From the NCBI GenBank assembly GCA_002368175.1, contig AP018172.1, positions 1 through 29,598 on the forward strand: 29,598 nt of DNA, in the 5' to 3' direction. The first letter of the stretch is position 1; each line of letters begins with the position of its first letter. The position numbers were made by a program, and so were the translations under genes. This DNA comes from Calothrix sp. NIES-2098. GTDB taxonomy: Bacteria > Cyanobacteriota > Cyanobacteriia > Cyanobacteriales > Nostocaceae. Below, piece after piece: positions 1 to 8,601 of the stretch. Below the pieces are notes generated by a model that was not told where the DNA came from, did no database searches, and saw nothing but the letters and a program-made list of their open reading frames with translations.

Positions 1-2
1 AG

Positions 3-164
3 GCTTTAACTTCTAATGCAACCCCTGGTAAACAGAAGGCACCATTAATTATGCCTGCGACAGGTTGGGTATTTAATAACGGCGAAGTCACGTTGATATC
101 TCATACCCCGAAATCTTCTGCTGCTTGGGTGAATTCCTCTAACTGTGCTGCTAAAAGCCAATGA
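3..164 (+). CDS. 3' end of an upstream filamentous-haemagglutinin-type exoprotein paralog (5'-truncated by window edge)
   Basis: Frame-3 translation reads ...ALTSNATPGKQKAPLIMPATGWVFNNGEVTLISHTPKSSAAWVNSSNCAAKSQ* with a TGA stop at 162-164. Nucleotides 44-147 are ~97% identical to 3697-3800, the 3' end of the next gene. Seen directly in sequence. Confidence 0.6.
   Translation, partial: ALTSNATPGKQKAPLIMPATGWVFNNGEVTLISHTPKSSAAWVNSSNCAAKSQ
44..147. repeat. Direct repeat copy 1 (3' coding end of upstream paralog), ~104 nt, ~3 mismatches versus 3697..3800
   Basis: Seen in sequence: attaattatgcctgcgacaggttgggtatttaataacggcgaagtcacgttgatatctcatac... is present at both locations. Confidence 0.8.
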
Positions 165-325
165 CAGTAAGTAGTCAGGGCTAAAGTCTAATAAAAAATC
201 ACAATCCTCGCCATTTGCCCTAGGGATGAGTAGAATGTTGGATACTTTTTATCCAAAAAATTACTTAGTTTATAGATTAAGTTCGTATAAATAAGCCAAG
301 GTAAGACTTCCGTCACAATACTGAG

Positions 326-3300
326 ATGATTCGAGCTAATCGGCAAAAGTTATGGCACTTGAGATTGGTAATTATATTAGCAATGACTACCGCATTGACA
401 AATTCTGCACGCGCTCAAATTGTTCCAGATGGCACATTAGGAGCAGAAAGTACAATACTCACACCAAATACTAACGTTCAGGGATTACCTGCAAGCTTAA
501 TTGAAGGCGGTGCTACCAGAGGTGTCAATTTATTCCAGAGTTTTTTACAATTCAACGTTGGTGATGGACAAAGAGTTTACTTTGCTAATCCCGCAGGTAT
601 TGAAAACATCTTCACTCGCGTCACAGGTAGCGACCCCTCCAAGATTTTCGGGACTTTAGGTGTGGATGGGAGGGCAAATCTGTTCTTCCTCAATCCCAAT
701 GGTATTATTTTCGGTTCCAATGCCCGCTTAGATGTTGCAGGTTCGTTTCTGGCGACGACAGCCAATAGCTTTGTCTTTGACAATGGCTTGAAGTTTAGCG
801 CTACAAATCCTGAAACAGCCCCATTACTCACAGTCAGTTTGCGTCCGGGGTTGCAGTTTGGCGCAAGTCAGTCGGGAAGTATTAGCAATACCGGAGATTT
901 AAACGTTGGACAAGATTTGACTCTGGTAGGTAGCAATCTCGATTTACAAGGTAATTTACAGGCGGGTAGAGATGTAACTCTTGAATCTCCTGGTGATATT
1001 TATTTAAATAATATAAAAGTTTCTACTAATTCTAATAATAATGACTTTAGCCGCATCAGCATCAACTCTACTGGTGGTTCTGTCTACTTAAATGGCTCTA
1101 ATTTAAATATTAGTAATATTAGCTCCAGCTATGCAGGAGATATCACTATTAATGCACGTCAAGAAATCCGAATTGAGAATGCAAGCAAAATCTCTAGTGC
1201 CGGAAATCTTGGCGAAATATTTATTGGAACATCAGAATATGCAGATTTCTATCCTTCAAAAGTCACTATTGCCAACTCTCAAATAAACAATAGTAATTTT
1301 ATGGATGGTAATGATGTTGGCAATATAGTAGTTAAATCTCTGGGCGATTTATTGATAACTAACAGTAGTCTGGAAACTACAACTTACAGTTCAGGAAAGG
1401 GAGGAAACATTAATATTGAGGCTAGTTCCGTGTCTCTGAAAAATCAAAGTTCTCTATTAGCTAATACTCAAGGAACAGGAAAAGCAGGCAGTGTAACTGT
1501 TAACACAACTGGCGGTGCAGTTTCGCTTTCCGATAGTAGTATAAACACCGGTACTAATCAAATTAGCGTAGCTCTGCAAGATTTATCTAATCAAGAAGGT
1601 GCGGGTGGCGGTGATATTAATATTACAGCTGATTCGTTATTTTTAACAAACAACTCTATTTTAAATGCAAGTAGCTTGGGTTCAGGAGATAGCGGCAATG
1701 TCTCTATTACCGCAGCCAAAACAGTATCTTTTACAGACAATTCTATTTTAAATGCAAGAACTTATCTGCAAGGAAATGCAGGTAATGTCAATATCAAAGC
1801 TCAAGAACTTGCTTTTCATAATCAATCGCTAATCCAAGCCACAAGTTTTGGCAGTGGTAACGCAGGTAATTTGAATATAATTACTCAATCCTTATCTTTG
1901 AGTGACATATCAAGAATTGACGCTCAAACTTTTGGTAGTGGTCATGCAGGTAATATCAATATCAAAACGCAGTCTCTTTCCCTAACAGAGGGAGCGAGAA
2001 TTAATGCTGAAACTTTTGGTAGTGGTAAAGGTGGCAATATTACTATTAATCCTCTCAAAGATGAAGACCAAGCAACTGCTTCTGTTACTATCTCAGGTTC
2101 AGCACCTTTAATTCAAGTTTCCAGTGGATTCTCAGTGAATACTGAAAGCGAACAACCTGATGCTGGGACTGGTGGCAATATCTTGATTAAAACTGGAAAT
2201 CTAACTATTAGTGATGGTGGTGTTTTAAGCGCTCCTTCTAAAAGTAGCGGTAACGGTGGAAATATCAATATCAATGTCAATAATCTTGAGCTTACATCTG
2301 GGGGACAAATTATTACTAATGCTTATAGAAGTGGACAAGCAGGTAGTATCAAAATTAATGCAACCGATCGGATTACCATTACCGGACAAAATTATGAATA
2401 CGAGCAAAGGTTTAATAAACTGAAAAGCCAACTGGATATCCTGAAACCTATCTACGATGCTTTTCTAGTTACAAACAACCAAGAAACTAGACAAATACTC
2501 GACCCAATTACTAACTTGATTAATCACTTGAGTGCATTACTGAAAAGTCCTAGTTCCAATCAACTACTTGACGAACTGAAACAACGACTCGAACAATTTA
2601 AAAATAGCTATGATTTTATTCTAATTGCAAATAATCCACAAATTAGCTACATACTCGAACCAATTAAGAACTTAATTAATAACGTGAATGGGCTGGATCA
2701 AATTATAATTGCTGCGCAAGACCCTACTTACGCTCAACAACTCAATGAACTTAAAGCTCAACTCGATCGCCTAAGTAATAGCTACAATTTTGTTTTACCG
2801 CAAAATGATGCGGAAATTAGACGCATCCTCGGCCCGATTAATCAATATAGCGGACTGTTCGCCAACACCGAAGCAAATTCTACAGGTAATGGCGGTACGA
2901 TTGATGTTGCATCAGGGCAAGCCACAATTAAAGATAGTGCCAGAATCTCTGTAGATAGCCAAGGAACAGGTATAGCTGGAAGTATCAGCATTACATCCAA
3001 TCGTTTGACTCTGGACAATCAAGCAAAGATTACCGCCGACACCAATAGCGGTCAAGGTGGTAGCATCGCACTCAACTTGCAAGATTTATTGCTGTTTCGG
3101 CGCAAAAGTGTCGTTTCCACCACCGCAGGTAGACAAGGTGCAGGTGGCGATGGCGGTGCGATCGCAATTAACCTAGATACTAATCGCGGTTTTATTGTCT
3201 CCCCATCTGTGGAAAATAACGATATCTCTGCAAATGCGTTCTCAGGTAGCGGCGGAACTATCGAAATCAACGCCAAAGGCGTAATTGGGTTAGCAACGCT

Positions 3301-3817
3301 GACTAGACAAGAACTTGAGCAGAAATTAGGCACCACCGACCCGGAAAAACTCGACCCACAATTTCTCTCAACCAACGATATTACAGCGATTTCTCAAACC
3401 AACCCGCAGTTAAATGGCATAGTCAGCATCAGTTCGCCAGAGATTGACCCCAGCAAAGGAATAGTTTCGTTACCAATCAATGCCACCGACCCTTCGCAAC
3501 AGATAGCCCAAAGCTGTAGCGCGGTGAATGAAAAGGTTGCTAGTGCATTTGTTGATGCTGGACGTGGCGGTCTACCCCCCAAACCTGATGAATTTCTCAG
3601 CAGCGATACTGTTTGGGAAGATATCCGCATTCGGGCTAGCAATACACAGCAAACAGCTTTAACCTCTACTGTAACGCCCATTGAACGTAAGACTGCATTA
3701 ATTATGCCTGCGACAGGTTGGGTATTTAATAACGGCGAAGTCACGTTGATATCTCATACGCCCAAGTCTTCTGCTGCTTGGGTGAATTCCTCTAACTGTG
3801 TTGCTGGGAATAATTAA
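326..3817 (+). CDS. Filamentous haemagglutinin family exoprotein (TpsA-like, N-terminal TPS/haemagglutination-activity domain)
   Basis: N-terminal signal-like segment, then a TPS-domain hallmark (NPNGIIFG, GxxxR/ANLFFLNP). Long run of degenerate beta-helix repeats of the type GSGxAGNxNI / TxSL. Central region has three ~58-aa tandem repeats. C-terminal ~35 aa is shared with the upstream paralog. Family assignment from established knowledge of TpsA/FHA proteins. Confidence 0.85.
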   Translation: MIRANRQKLWHLRLVIILAMTTALTNSARAQIVPDGTLGAESTILTPNTNVQGLPASLIEGGATRGVNLFQSFLQFNVGDGQRVYFANPAGIENIFTRVTGSDPSKIFGTLGVDGRANLFFLNPNGIIFGSNARLDVAGSFLATTANSFVFDNGLKFSATNPETAPLLTVSLRPGLQFGASQSGSISNTGDLNVGQDLTLVGSNLDLQGNLQAGRDVTLESPGDIYLNNIKVSTNSNNNDFSRISINSTGGSVYLNGSNLNISNISSSYAGDITINARQEIRIENASKISSAGNLGEIFIGTSEYADFYPSKVTIANSQINNSNFMDGNDVGNIVVKSLGDLLITNSSLETTTYSSGKGGNINIEASSVSLKNQSSLLANTQGTGKAGSVTVNTTGGAVSLSDSSINTGTNQISVALQDLSNQEGAGGGDINITADSLFLTNNSILNASSLGSGDSGNVSITAAKTVSFTDNSILNARTYLQGNAGNVNIKAQELAFHNQSLIQATSFGSGNAGNLNIITQSLSLSDISRIDAQTFGSGHAGNINIKTQSLSLTEGARINAETFGSGKGGNITINPLKDEDQATASVTISGSAPLIQVSSGFSVNTESEQPDAGTGGNILIKTGNLTISDGGVLSAPSKSSGNGGNININVNNLELTSGGQIITNAYRSGQAGSIKINATDRITITGQNYEYEQRFNKLKSQLDILKPIYDAFLVTNNQETRQILDPITNLINHLSALLKSPSSNQLLDELKQRLEQFKNSYDFILIANNPQISYILEPIKNLINNVNGLDQIIIAAQDPTYAQQLNELKAQLDRLSNSYNFVLPQNDAEIRRILGPINQYSGLFANTEANSTGNGGTIDVASGQATIKDSARISVDSQGTGIAGSISITSNRLTLDNQAKITADTNSGQGGSIALNLQDLLLFRRKSVVSTTAGRQGAGGDGGAIAINLDTNRGFIVSPSVENNDISANAFSGSGGTIEINAKGVIGLATLTRQELEQKLGTTDPEKLDPQFLSTNDITAISQTNPQLNGIVSISSPEIDPSKGIVSLPINATDPSQQIAQSCSAVNEKVASAFVDAGRGGLPPKPDEFLSSDTVWEDIRIRASNTQQTALTSTVTPIERKTALIMPATGWVFNNGEVTLISHTPKSSAAWVNSSNCVAGNN
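2414..2870 (+). repeat. Three in-frame tandem ~58-aa coding repeats inside the TpsA-like gene (LKxQLDxL...Y[DN]F[IV]L...[EA]xRxILxPIxNLIN)
   Basis: Protein-level repeats start at nt 2414, 2576 and 2750, a period of ~174 nt. They are seen by eye in the translation. Their helix-like composition contrasts with the flanking Gly/Asn/Ser-rich beta-helix repeats. Confidence 0.6.
3697..3800. repeat. Direct repeat copy 2 (3' coding end of the 1163-aa exoprotein gene)
   Basis: Same ~104-nt segment as 44..147 at a constant offset of 3653 nt. Confidence 0.8.
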
Positions 3818-3937
3818 GGGTTTTAAACTAACCGCCAAGAATTATTTGCTCAGAATATCTAGCTGTGTTCTCTGCGCCTCTGCGTGAATTCCTTTTTTAA
3901 ATCTATATTCACGACTAAATAAAATAACTATATTTAT

Positions 3938-5770
3938 ATGTATTCGTCACTAAAAAACTCTACATTCCAAAGTCCCAAATTTAAAAAATCAAATTTTATA
4001 AGTTGGCTGATATTTACATTTTTTTTATTCAACTTTCTCGCCTTCAAGTCACTAGCGCAAACTCCAACTAACCCACCCGTACAAGATATAGACCGCCAAA
4101 TCGAACAACCTACTCCTCCAACGCCTACACTACCAAAACTGCCGAATCTCGACGAGTTATTTCCATCTCCACCTGTCACTACTCCCACACCTCCAACTGG
4201 CGAAACAGTTCCTAAAGATTTACCAAGAACAATTCAAGTAACTAGTTTTGATGTGATAGGTAGCACTGTATTTAATAAACAAGAATTAGATGCAGCACTC
4301 CAAGAATTTATCAATAAACCCATCTCTTTTGCTCAACTATTAGAAGCGGCAGATAAAATCACAGAACTATACGCTAAAGGTTGTCAAGCTGAAAAGAAAA
4401 ATTCCGATTTACCTTGTTACGTTAACTCCGGCGCCTACATTCCTTCAGACCAAACTTTTAAAGTCGAAGGTGGTATAGTCAAAATTCAAGTTGTAGAAGG
4501 TAGTTTAGAAAGTATTGAGATTCGCGGTACAAGAAGACTCAATCCTAACTATGTGCGAAGTCGCCTAGCTTTAGCTACAGATAAGCCTTTAAATTTAAAG
4601 AAATTACTGCAAGCTTTACAACTATTACAGTTAGATCCATTAATTAAAAATATCTCTGCGGAATTAGGTAATGGTGTTAATCCTGGTGCGAGTGTATTAT
4701 CCGTGCAAGTCGCGGAAGCAAAAACATTTAGCGCCCAAGTTAGTTTAGATAATAACCGTACACCAAGCATAGGTAGTTTTGAACGACAAATTCAACTTAA
4801 CCAAGCAAATTTATTGGGGTTGGGAGATGGATTAAGCATTGGTTATGCAAACACTGATGGAAGTAATAGTGTAGATGTCAGCTATAAATTACCCATCAAT
4901 CCTCGCAATGGCACTTTGCAATTTAATTATAGCTATGCATCCAGCAATGTAATTGAGGAACCTTTCAATATTTTAGATATTGAAGGTACTTCCCAAGAAT
5001 ACGGTGTTAGTTTTCGCCAACCATTAATACAAACTCCCACTACCGAATTTGCAGTTGGAATTAGTGCAACTCATCGAGATAGCGATGTCGGCTTTTTACA
5101 AGCACAGGTGGGAGAACGGCTTCCCTTTCCATCTGCGGGTGCAGATGCAAATGGAAAGACGAAAGCGACTATCTTGCGGTTGTTTCAAGACTGGACTCAG
5201 CGTAGTAGCAAACAAGTACTCGCGGCGCGATCGCAATTTAGTTTAGGTATAGATGCGTTAGATGCCACAATTAACGAAGATGCGCCCGATGGTCAATTTT
5301 TTACATGGCGCGGACAAGCGCAATGGGTGCGTCTGCTAGCACCAGAAACTTTATTTTTAGTACGTGCAGATATTCAATTAGCTGATAGACCCCTATTAGC
5401 CTCCGAACAGATGGGTTTGGGAGGACAAGCAACAGTTCGCGGTTATCGTCAAGACCAAATATTAGCAGATAATGGCTTTTTGGCAACTGCGGAATTGCGC
5501 TATCCAGTGTTGCGCGTACCAGAAATTCAAGGTTTACTACAAGTTACTCCATTTATTGATTTTGGTACAGCTTGGAATTTTTCCCAACCAGGGAGAACTA
5601 CTTTGAATCCTGATACTATCGCCTCAACTGGAATCGGATTGTTATGGCAACAGAACAATTTAACAGCGCGTTTTGATTGGGGTATTCCCCTCGGTATTGA
5701 TATTCCTAATAAAAATACTTGGCAAGAAAACGGACTCTATTTTTCTATTATTTATACTCAACCATTTTAG
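3938..5770 (+). CDS. ShlB/FhaC/HecB-family outer-membrane transporter (TpsB) with POTRA domain
   Basis: N-terminal signal peptide (LIFTFFLFNFLAFKSLAQ|T). Pro/Thr-rich linker (PTPPTPTLPKLP...PPVTTPTPPTGE). POTRA-like segment (IQVTSFDVIGSTVFNKQELDAAL...). C-terminal beta-barrel ending with aromatic Phe (YTQPF), typical of Omp85/TpsB. It starts 120 nt downstream of the TpsA-like gene. Confidence 0.85.
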   Translation: MYSSLKNSTFQSPKFKKSNFISWLIFTFFLFNFLAFKSLAQTPTNPPVQDIDRQIEQPTPPTPTLPKLPNLDELFPSPPVTTPTPPTGETVPKDLPRTIQVTSFDVIGSTVFNKQELDAALQEFINKPISFAQLLEAADKITELYAKGCQAEKKNSDLPCYVNSGAYIPSDQTFKVEGGIVKIQVVEGSLESIEIRGTRRLNPNYVRSRLALATDKPLNLKKLLQALQLLQLDPLIKNISAELGNGVNPGASVLSVQVAEAKTFSAQVSLDNNRTPSIGSFERQIQLNQANLLGLGDGLSIGYANTDGSNSVDVSYKLPINPRNGTLQFNYSYASSNVIEEPFNILDIEGTSQEYGVSFRQPLIQTPTTEFAVGISATHRDSDVGFLQAQVGERLPFPSAGADANGKTKATILRLFQDWTQRSSKQVLAARSQFSLGIDALDATINEDAPDGQFFTWRGQAQWVRLLAPETLFLVRADIQLADRPLLASEQMGLGGQATVRGYRQDQILADNGFLATAELRYPVLRVPEIQGLLQVTPFIDFGTAWNFSQPGRTTLNPDTIASTGIGLLWQQNNLTARFDWGIPLGIDIPNKNTWQENGLYFSIIYTQPF

Positions 5771-5814
5771 TTAATAGTCATTGTCTCCTGCCTTATCCAC
5801 CTACTTAATTATTT

Positions 5815-8538
5815 ATGTCTATAATTTTACTTCTCGCCACCTTATCTCTAAATCCTGCTGTCAATTTAATTAACCAAAGTTCTCCCTTAGTTGCAGCCAT
5901 TAACCCCCAGGTATCACAGACTCAAACTGCAAATGCTAAGGAATTATTAGATCGAGGTTTAATAGCATACCAAAAAGAACAATATTCTCCAGCACTCAAG
6001 ATTTTCCAACAGGCGAATGAATCGTTTCAAGCTACAGGAGATAAACTTAATCAAGCGCTGATATTGAATTATCTTTCCTTAACTTATCAACAGTTAGGAA
6101 AATTAGCTGATGCTCAACACGCTACAGAGCAAAGTTTGCAGTTATTAAATAGCAAAAGTAATAGCAAAGATTATTTATCGATTCGTGCCCAAGCACTTAA
6201 TACTCAAGGCCAGTTACAACTAGCAAGGGGAGAAACAGAAAAAGCTTTAAATAGCTGGCAAGAGGCAACAGCTACTTACAGTAAAATTGGTGATGAATCA
6301 GGTAAAATTGGTAGCAAAATCAATCAAGCTCAAGCACTACAAACATTAGGGCTTTACCGTCGCGCTACTAATATTTTAGAGGAAATTAAGCTGACTTTAG
6401 ATAAACAACCAGACTCTCTATTGAAAGTAACTGGATTTCTTAGTCTGGGTAATAGCTTACGTGTGGTTGGAGATGTCGATAAATCTCGGCAAATATTAGA
6501 GAAAAGTTGTCAGATACAAGCAAAAATATCGCAAGCTGAAGAAGTTTGTAATTTAAAGTTAAGTTTAGGTAACAAAGCCCAAGTAGAACCAAACATCGAA
6601 CAAGATAGATTAGGAGAAATTCTTTTAAGTTTGGGGAATACTGCCCAGGAACAGCAAAACATCGAAGAAGCAATACAGTTTTATGAACGCGCTGCTAGTA
6701 TTTCTCAAAAGCCAACAACACAGTTACCAGCACAATTAAATCAATTACGGCTATTAGTTCAGTCTTTATCAACAGAGTCAATAACGCCAGCTTTGTCACA
6801 AGATATTCTCTCTAAAATTGCCAATTTATCAACAAAGCTTGAGAGTTTACCTGCCAGCCGTAGTAGTGTTTATGCTCGAATTAACTTTGCCCAAACTCTA
6901 GTTAAGTTAACAAAAACAGGTGTGTTAGCAGAGGAAAATATTGCTCAAGATACCTGCACAGCTTCCAATTCTCTCTGTACGGCTGCTAAAGTTGTCGCTA
7001 CAGGTTTTCAGCAAGCTAAAAATCTCGAAGATGTACGCGCCCAAGCCTATGCTTTAGGTACTTTGGGAAGTTTGTACGAACAAACTCAACAATGGTCGGA
7101 AGCTCAAACTTTGACTCAACAAGCGCTAAAATTAGCAGAGGGTATTCAAGCACGAGATATAGCTTATCGTTGGCAATGGCAGTTAGGACGAATTCTCAGT
7201 GCGGATGGTAATACTCAAGGTAATGAGTTAGGTGCCATTGCAGCTTATGATAAAGCAGTCAAGAATTTAAAATCTATCCGTCGCGATTTAGTTACTGTTA
7301 ATCGCGATGCCCAATTTTCTTTTCGGGATGAAGTAGAACCAGTCTATCGAGAATATGTGAGTTTGCTATTACCAAAAACTGGGGAACCTACTACTGAAAA
7401 TTTAGATAAAGCTAGAAAAGTTATTGAATCGTTACAGTTAGCAGAATTAGATAACTTTTTTCGCAGAGCTTGTGTAGACGCTAAACCCGTACAAATTGAT
7501 GAAATCGATCGGCAGAAACAAACAGCTGTAATTTATCCTGTGGTTTTGAGCGATCGCTTATCTATTATTCTCTCATTACCGCATCAGCAAAACAATAAAT
7601 CCCTGAAATTACATACAGTTATTCTGCCTAAAAATGCATTTGAAGAAAAAATTAAAGAACTGCATAGAAAAATATTTTTTAGAAGTTCTCGTGACTTTCT
7701 AGAAACTTCACAGCAAGTATACGAATGGTTGATTCGCCCTATCGAATCAGATTTACAAAATAGCGGTGTGAAAAATATCGTCTTTGTTTTAGACGGAACA
7801 TTGCAGAGTATCCCAATTGCAGCACTTTACGATCGAGAGAAAAAAGAATATTTAATTGAGAAAAAATATAACATTGCTAACACACCAGGTTTAGAATTAT
7901 TACCTCCTCAGCCTTTAACAAACAAACGCTTACAAGCAGTAGTTGGTGGACTCAGTGAAGCCCGTGATAATTTTCCGGCATTACCGGGAGTAAAATATGA
8001 GCTTGAGCAAATCAAAGGTATATTTTCGACAGCCGGAAATTTTATAGATAACAATTTTACGATCAAAAAAATTGAAGAAGCTGTTAAGTCTTTTCCAGGG
8101 GGAATATTACACTTAGCAACTCATGGTAAGTTTAGTTCTAAAGCAGAAGACACGTTCATTTTGACTTGGAATCAACGGCTAAATGTTAACGATTTTAGTT
8201 CTGTATTAAAAACTCGCGAGACCAATCAACAAACTGCAATAGATTTACTTGTCTTAAGTGCTTGTGAAACAGCAGCAGGTGATAGCCGCGCTGCTTTAGG
8301 ATTAGCGGGAATTGCTGTACAGTCTGGCGCGCGCAGTACATTAGCAACTCTGTGGAGTGTGAATGATGAAGCAACTGCGGCTCTAATGATTCAGTTTTAC
8401 AAAGAAATTGCTCAGAATCAAAAAAAAGCTGAAGCTTTACGTAACGCCCAACTATTTCTACTTTCAGGACAGTTAAATCCTAAATTTAAACATCCCTATT
8501 ACTGGGCACCTTTTGTTTTAGTAGGTAATTGGCAGTAA
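5815..8538 (+). CDS. TPR-repeat protein with C-terminal CHAT (caspase-like) peptidase domain and N-terminal signal peptide
   Basis: N-terminus MSIILLLATLSLNPAVNLINQ is signal-peptide-like. TPR-like helical repeats lie at roughly aa 40-480 (YQQLGKLADA, LGLYRRA etc.). CHAT hallmarks: His in HLATHGKF (codon at 8122-8124) and Cys in LVLSACETAAG (codon at 8263-8265), then WSVNDEATAALM and a C-terminal HPYYWAPFVLVGNW. The gene starts 44 nt after the TpsB stop. Confidence 0.85.
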   Translation: MSIILLLATLSLNPAVNLINQSSPLVAAINPQVSQTQTANAKELLDRGLIAYQKEQYSPALKIFQQANESFQATGDKLNQALILNYLSLTYQQLGKLADAQHATEQSLQLLNSKSNSKDYLSIRAQALNTQGQLQLARGETEKALNSWQEATATYSKIGDESGKIGSKINQAQALQTLGLYRRATNILEEIKLTLDKQPDSLLKVTGFLSLGNSLRVVGDVDKSRQILEKSCQIQAKISQAEEVCNLKLSLGNKAQVEPNIEQDRLGEILLSLGNTAQEQQNIEEAIQFYERAASISQKPTTQLPAQLNQLRLLVQSLSTESITPALSQDILSKIANLSTKLESLPASRSSVYARINFAQTLVKLTKTGVLAEENIAQDTCTASNSLCTAAKVVATGFQQAKNLEDVRAQAYALGTLGSLYEQTQQWSEAQTLTQQALKLAEGIQARDIAYRWQWQLGRILSADGNTQGNELGAIAAYDKAVKNLKSIRRDLVTVNRDAQFSFRDEVEPVYREYVSLLLPKTGEPTTENLDKARKVIESLQLAELDNFFRRACVDAKPVQIDEIDRQKQTAVIYPVVLSDRLSIILSLPHQQNNKSLKLHTVILPKNAFEEKIKELHRKIFFRSSRDFLETSQQVYEWLIRPIESDLQNSGVKNIVFVLDGTLQSIPIAALYDREKKEYLIEKKYNIANTPGLELLPPQPLTNKRLQAVVGGLSEARDNFPALPGVKYELEQIKGIFSTAGNFIDNNFTIKKIEEAVKSFPGGILHLATHGKFSSKAEDTFILTWNQRLNVNDFSSVLKTRETNQQTAIDLLVLSACETAAGDSRAALGLAGIAVQSGARSTLATLWSVNDEATAALMIQFYKEIAQNQKKAEALRNAQLFLLSGQLNPKFKHPYYWAPFVLVGNWQ

Positions 8539-8601
8539 TACTAGATACGATCTCATTTAATATGGGAAAATAAACAGCATAATTGGGAGGAAGCAATCGG
8601 C

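Noticed and set aside
165-325. Candidate sigma70-like promoter (TTGCCC … TAGAAT) upstream of the TpsA-like gene
   Set aside because: The spacing between the putative -35 and -10 hexamers is only ~10 nt. It is not a credible promoter without TSS data.
1380-3300. Periodic nucleotide repeats (GGTAGTGG…AATATCAATATC etc.) that could be mistaken for a CRISPR array or minisatellite
   Set aside because: They are in-frame coding repeats of the haemagglutinin beta-helix (GSGxAGNxNI units). They have variable length, no spacer/repeat regularity and no leader.
577-3744. Four minus-strand ORFs (577..831, 2225..2431, 3052..3375, 3394..3744) inside the TpsA-like gene
   Set aside because: They lie entirely antisense to a long, repeat-rich, well-supported CDS and have low-complexity products with no recognisable motifs. 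This is typical of spurious ORFs opposite Gly/Ser/Asn-rich repeats.
4549-5486. Small ORFs 4549..4770 (–), 5049..5246 (+) and 5301..5486 (–) within the TpsB gene
   Set aside because: They overlap a strongly supported CDS in other frames or on the other strand and have no motif support.
6440-6673. Minus-strand 77-aa ORF inside the TPR-CHAT gene
   Set aside because: Antisense to a supported CDS; the AT-rich TPR-coding sequence generates it by chance.
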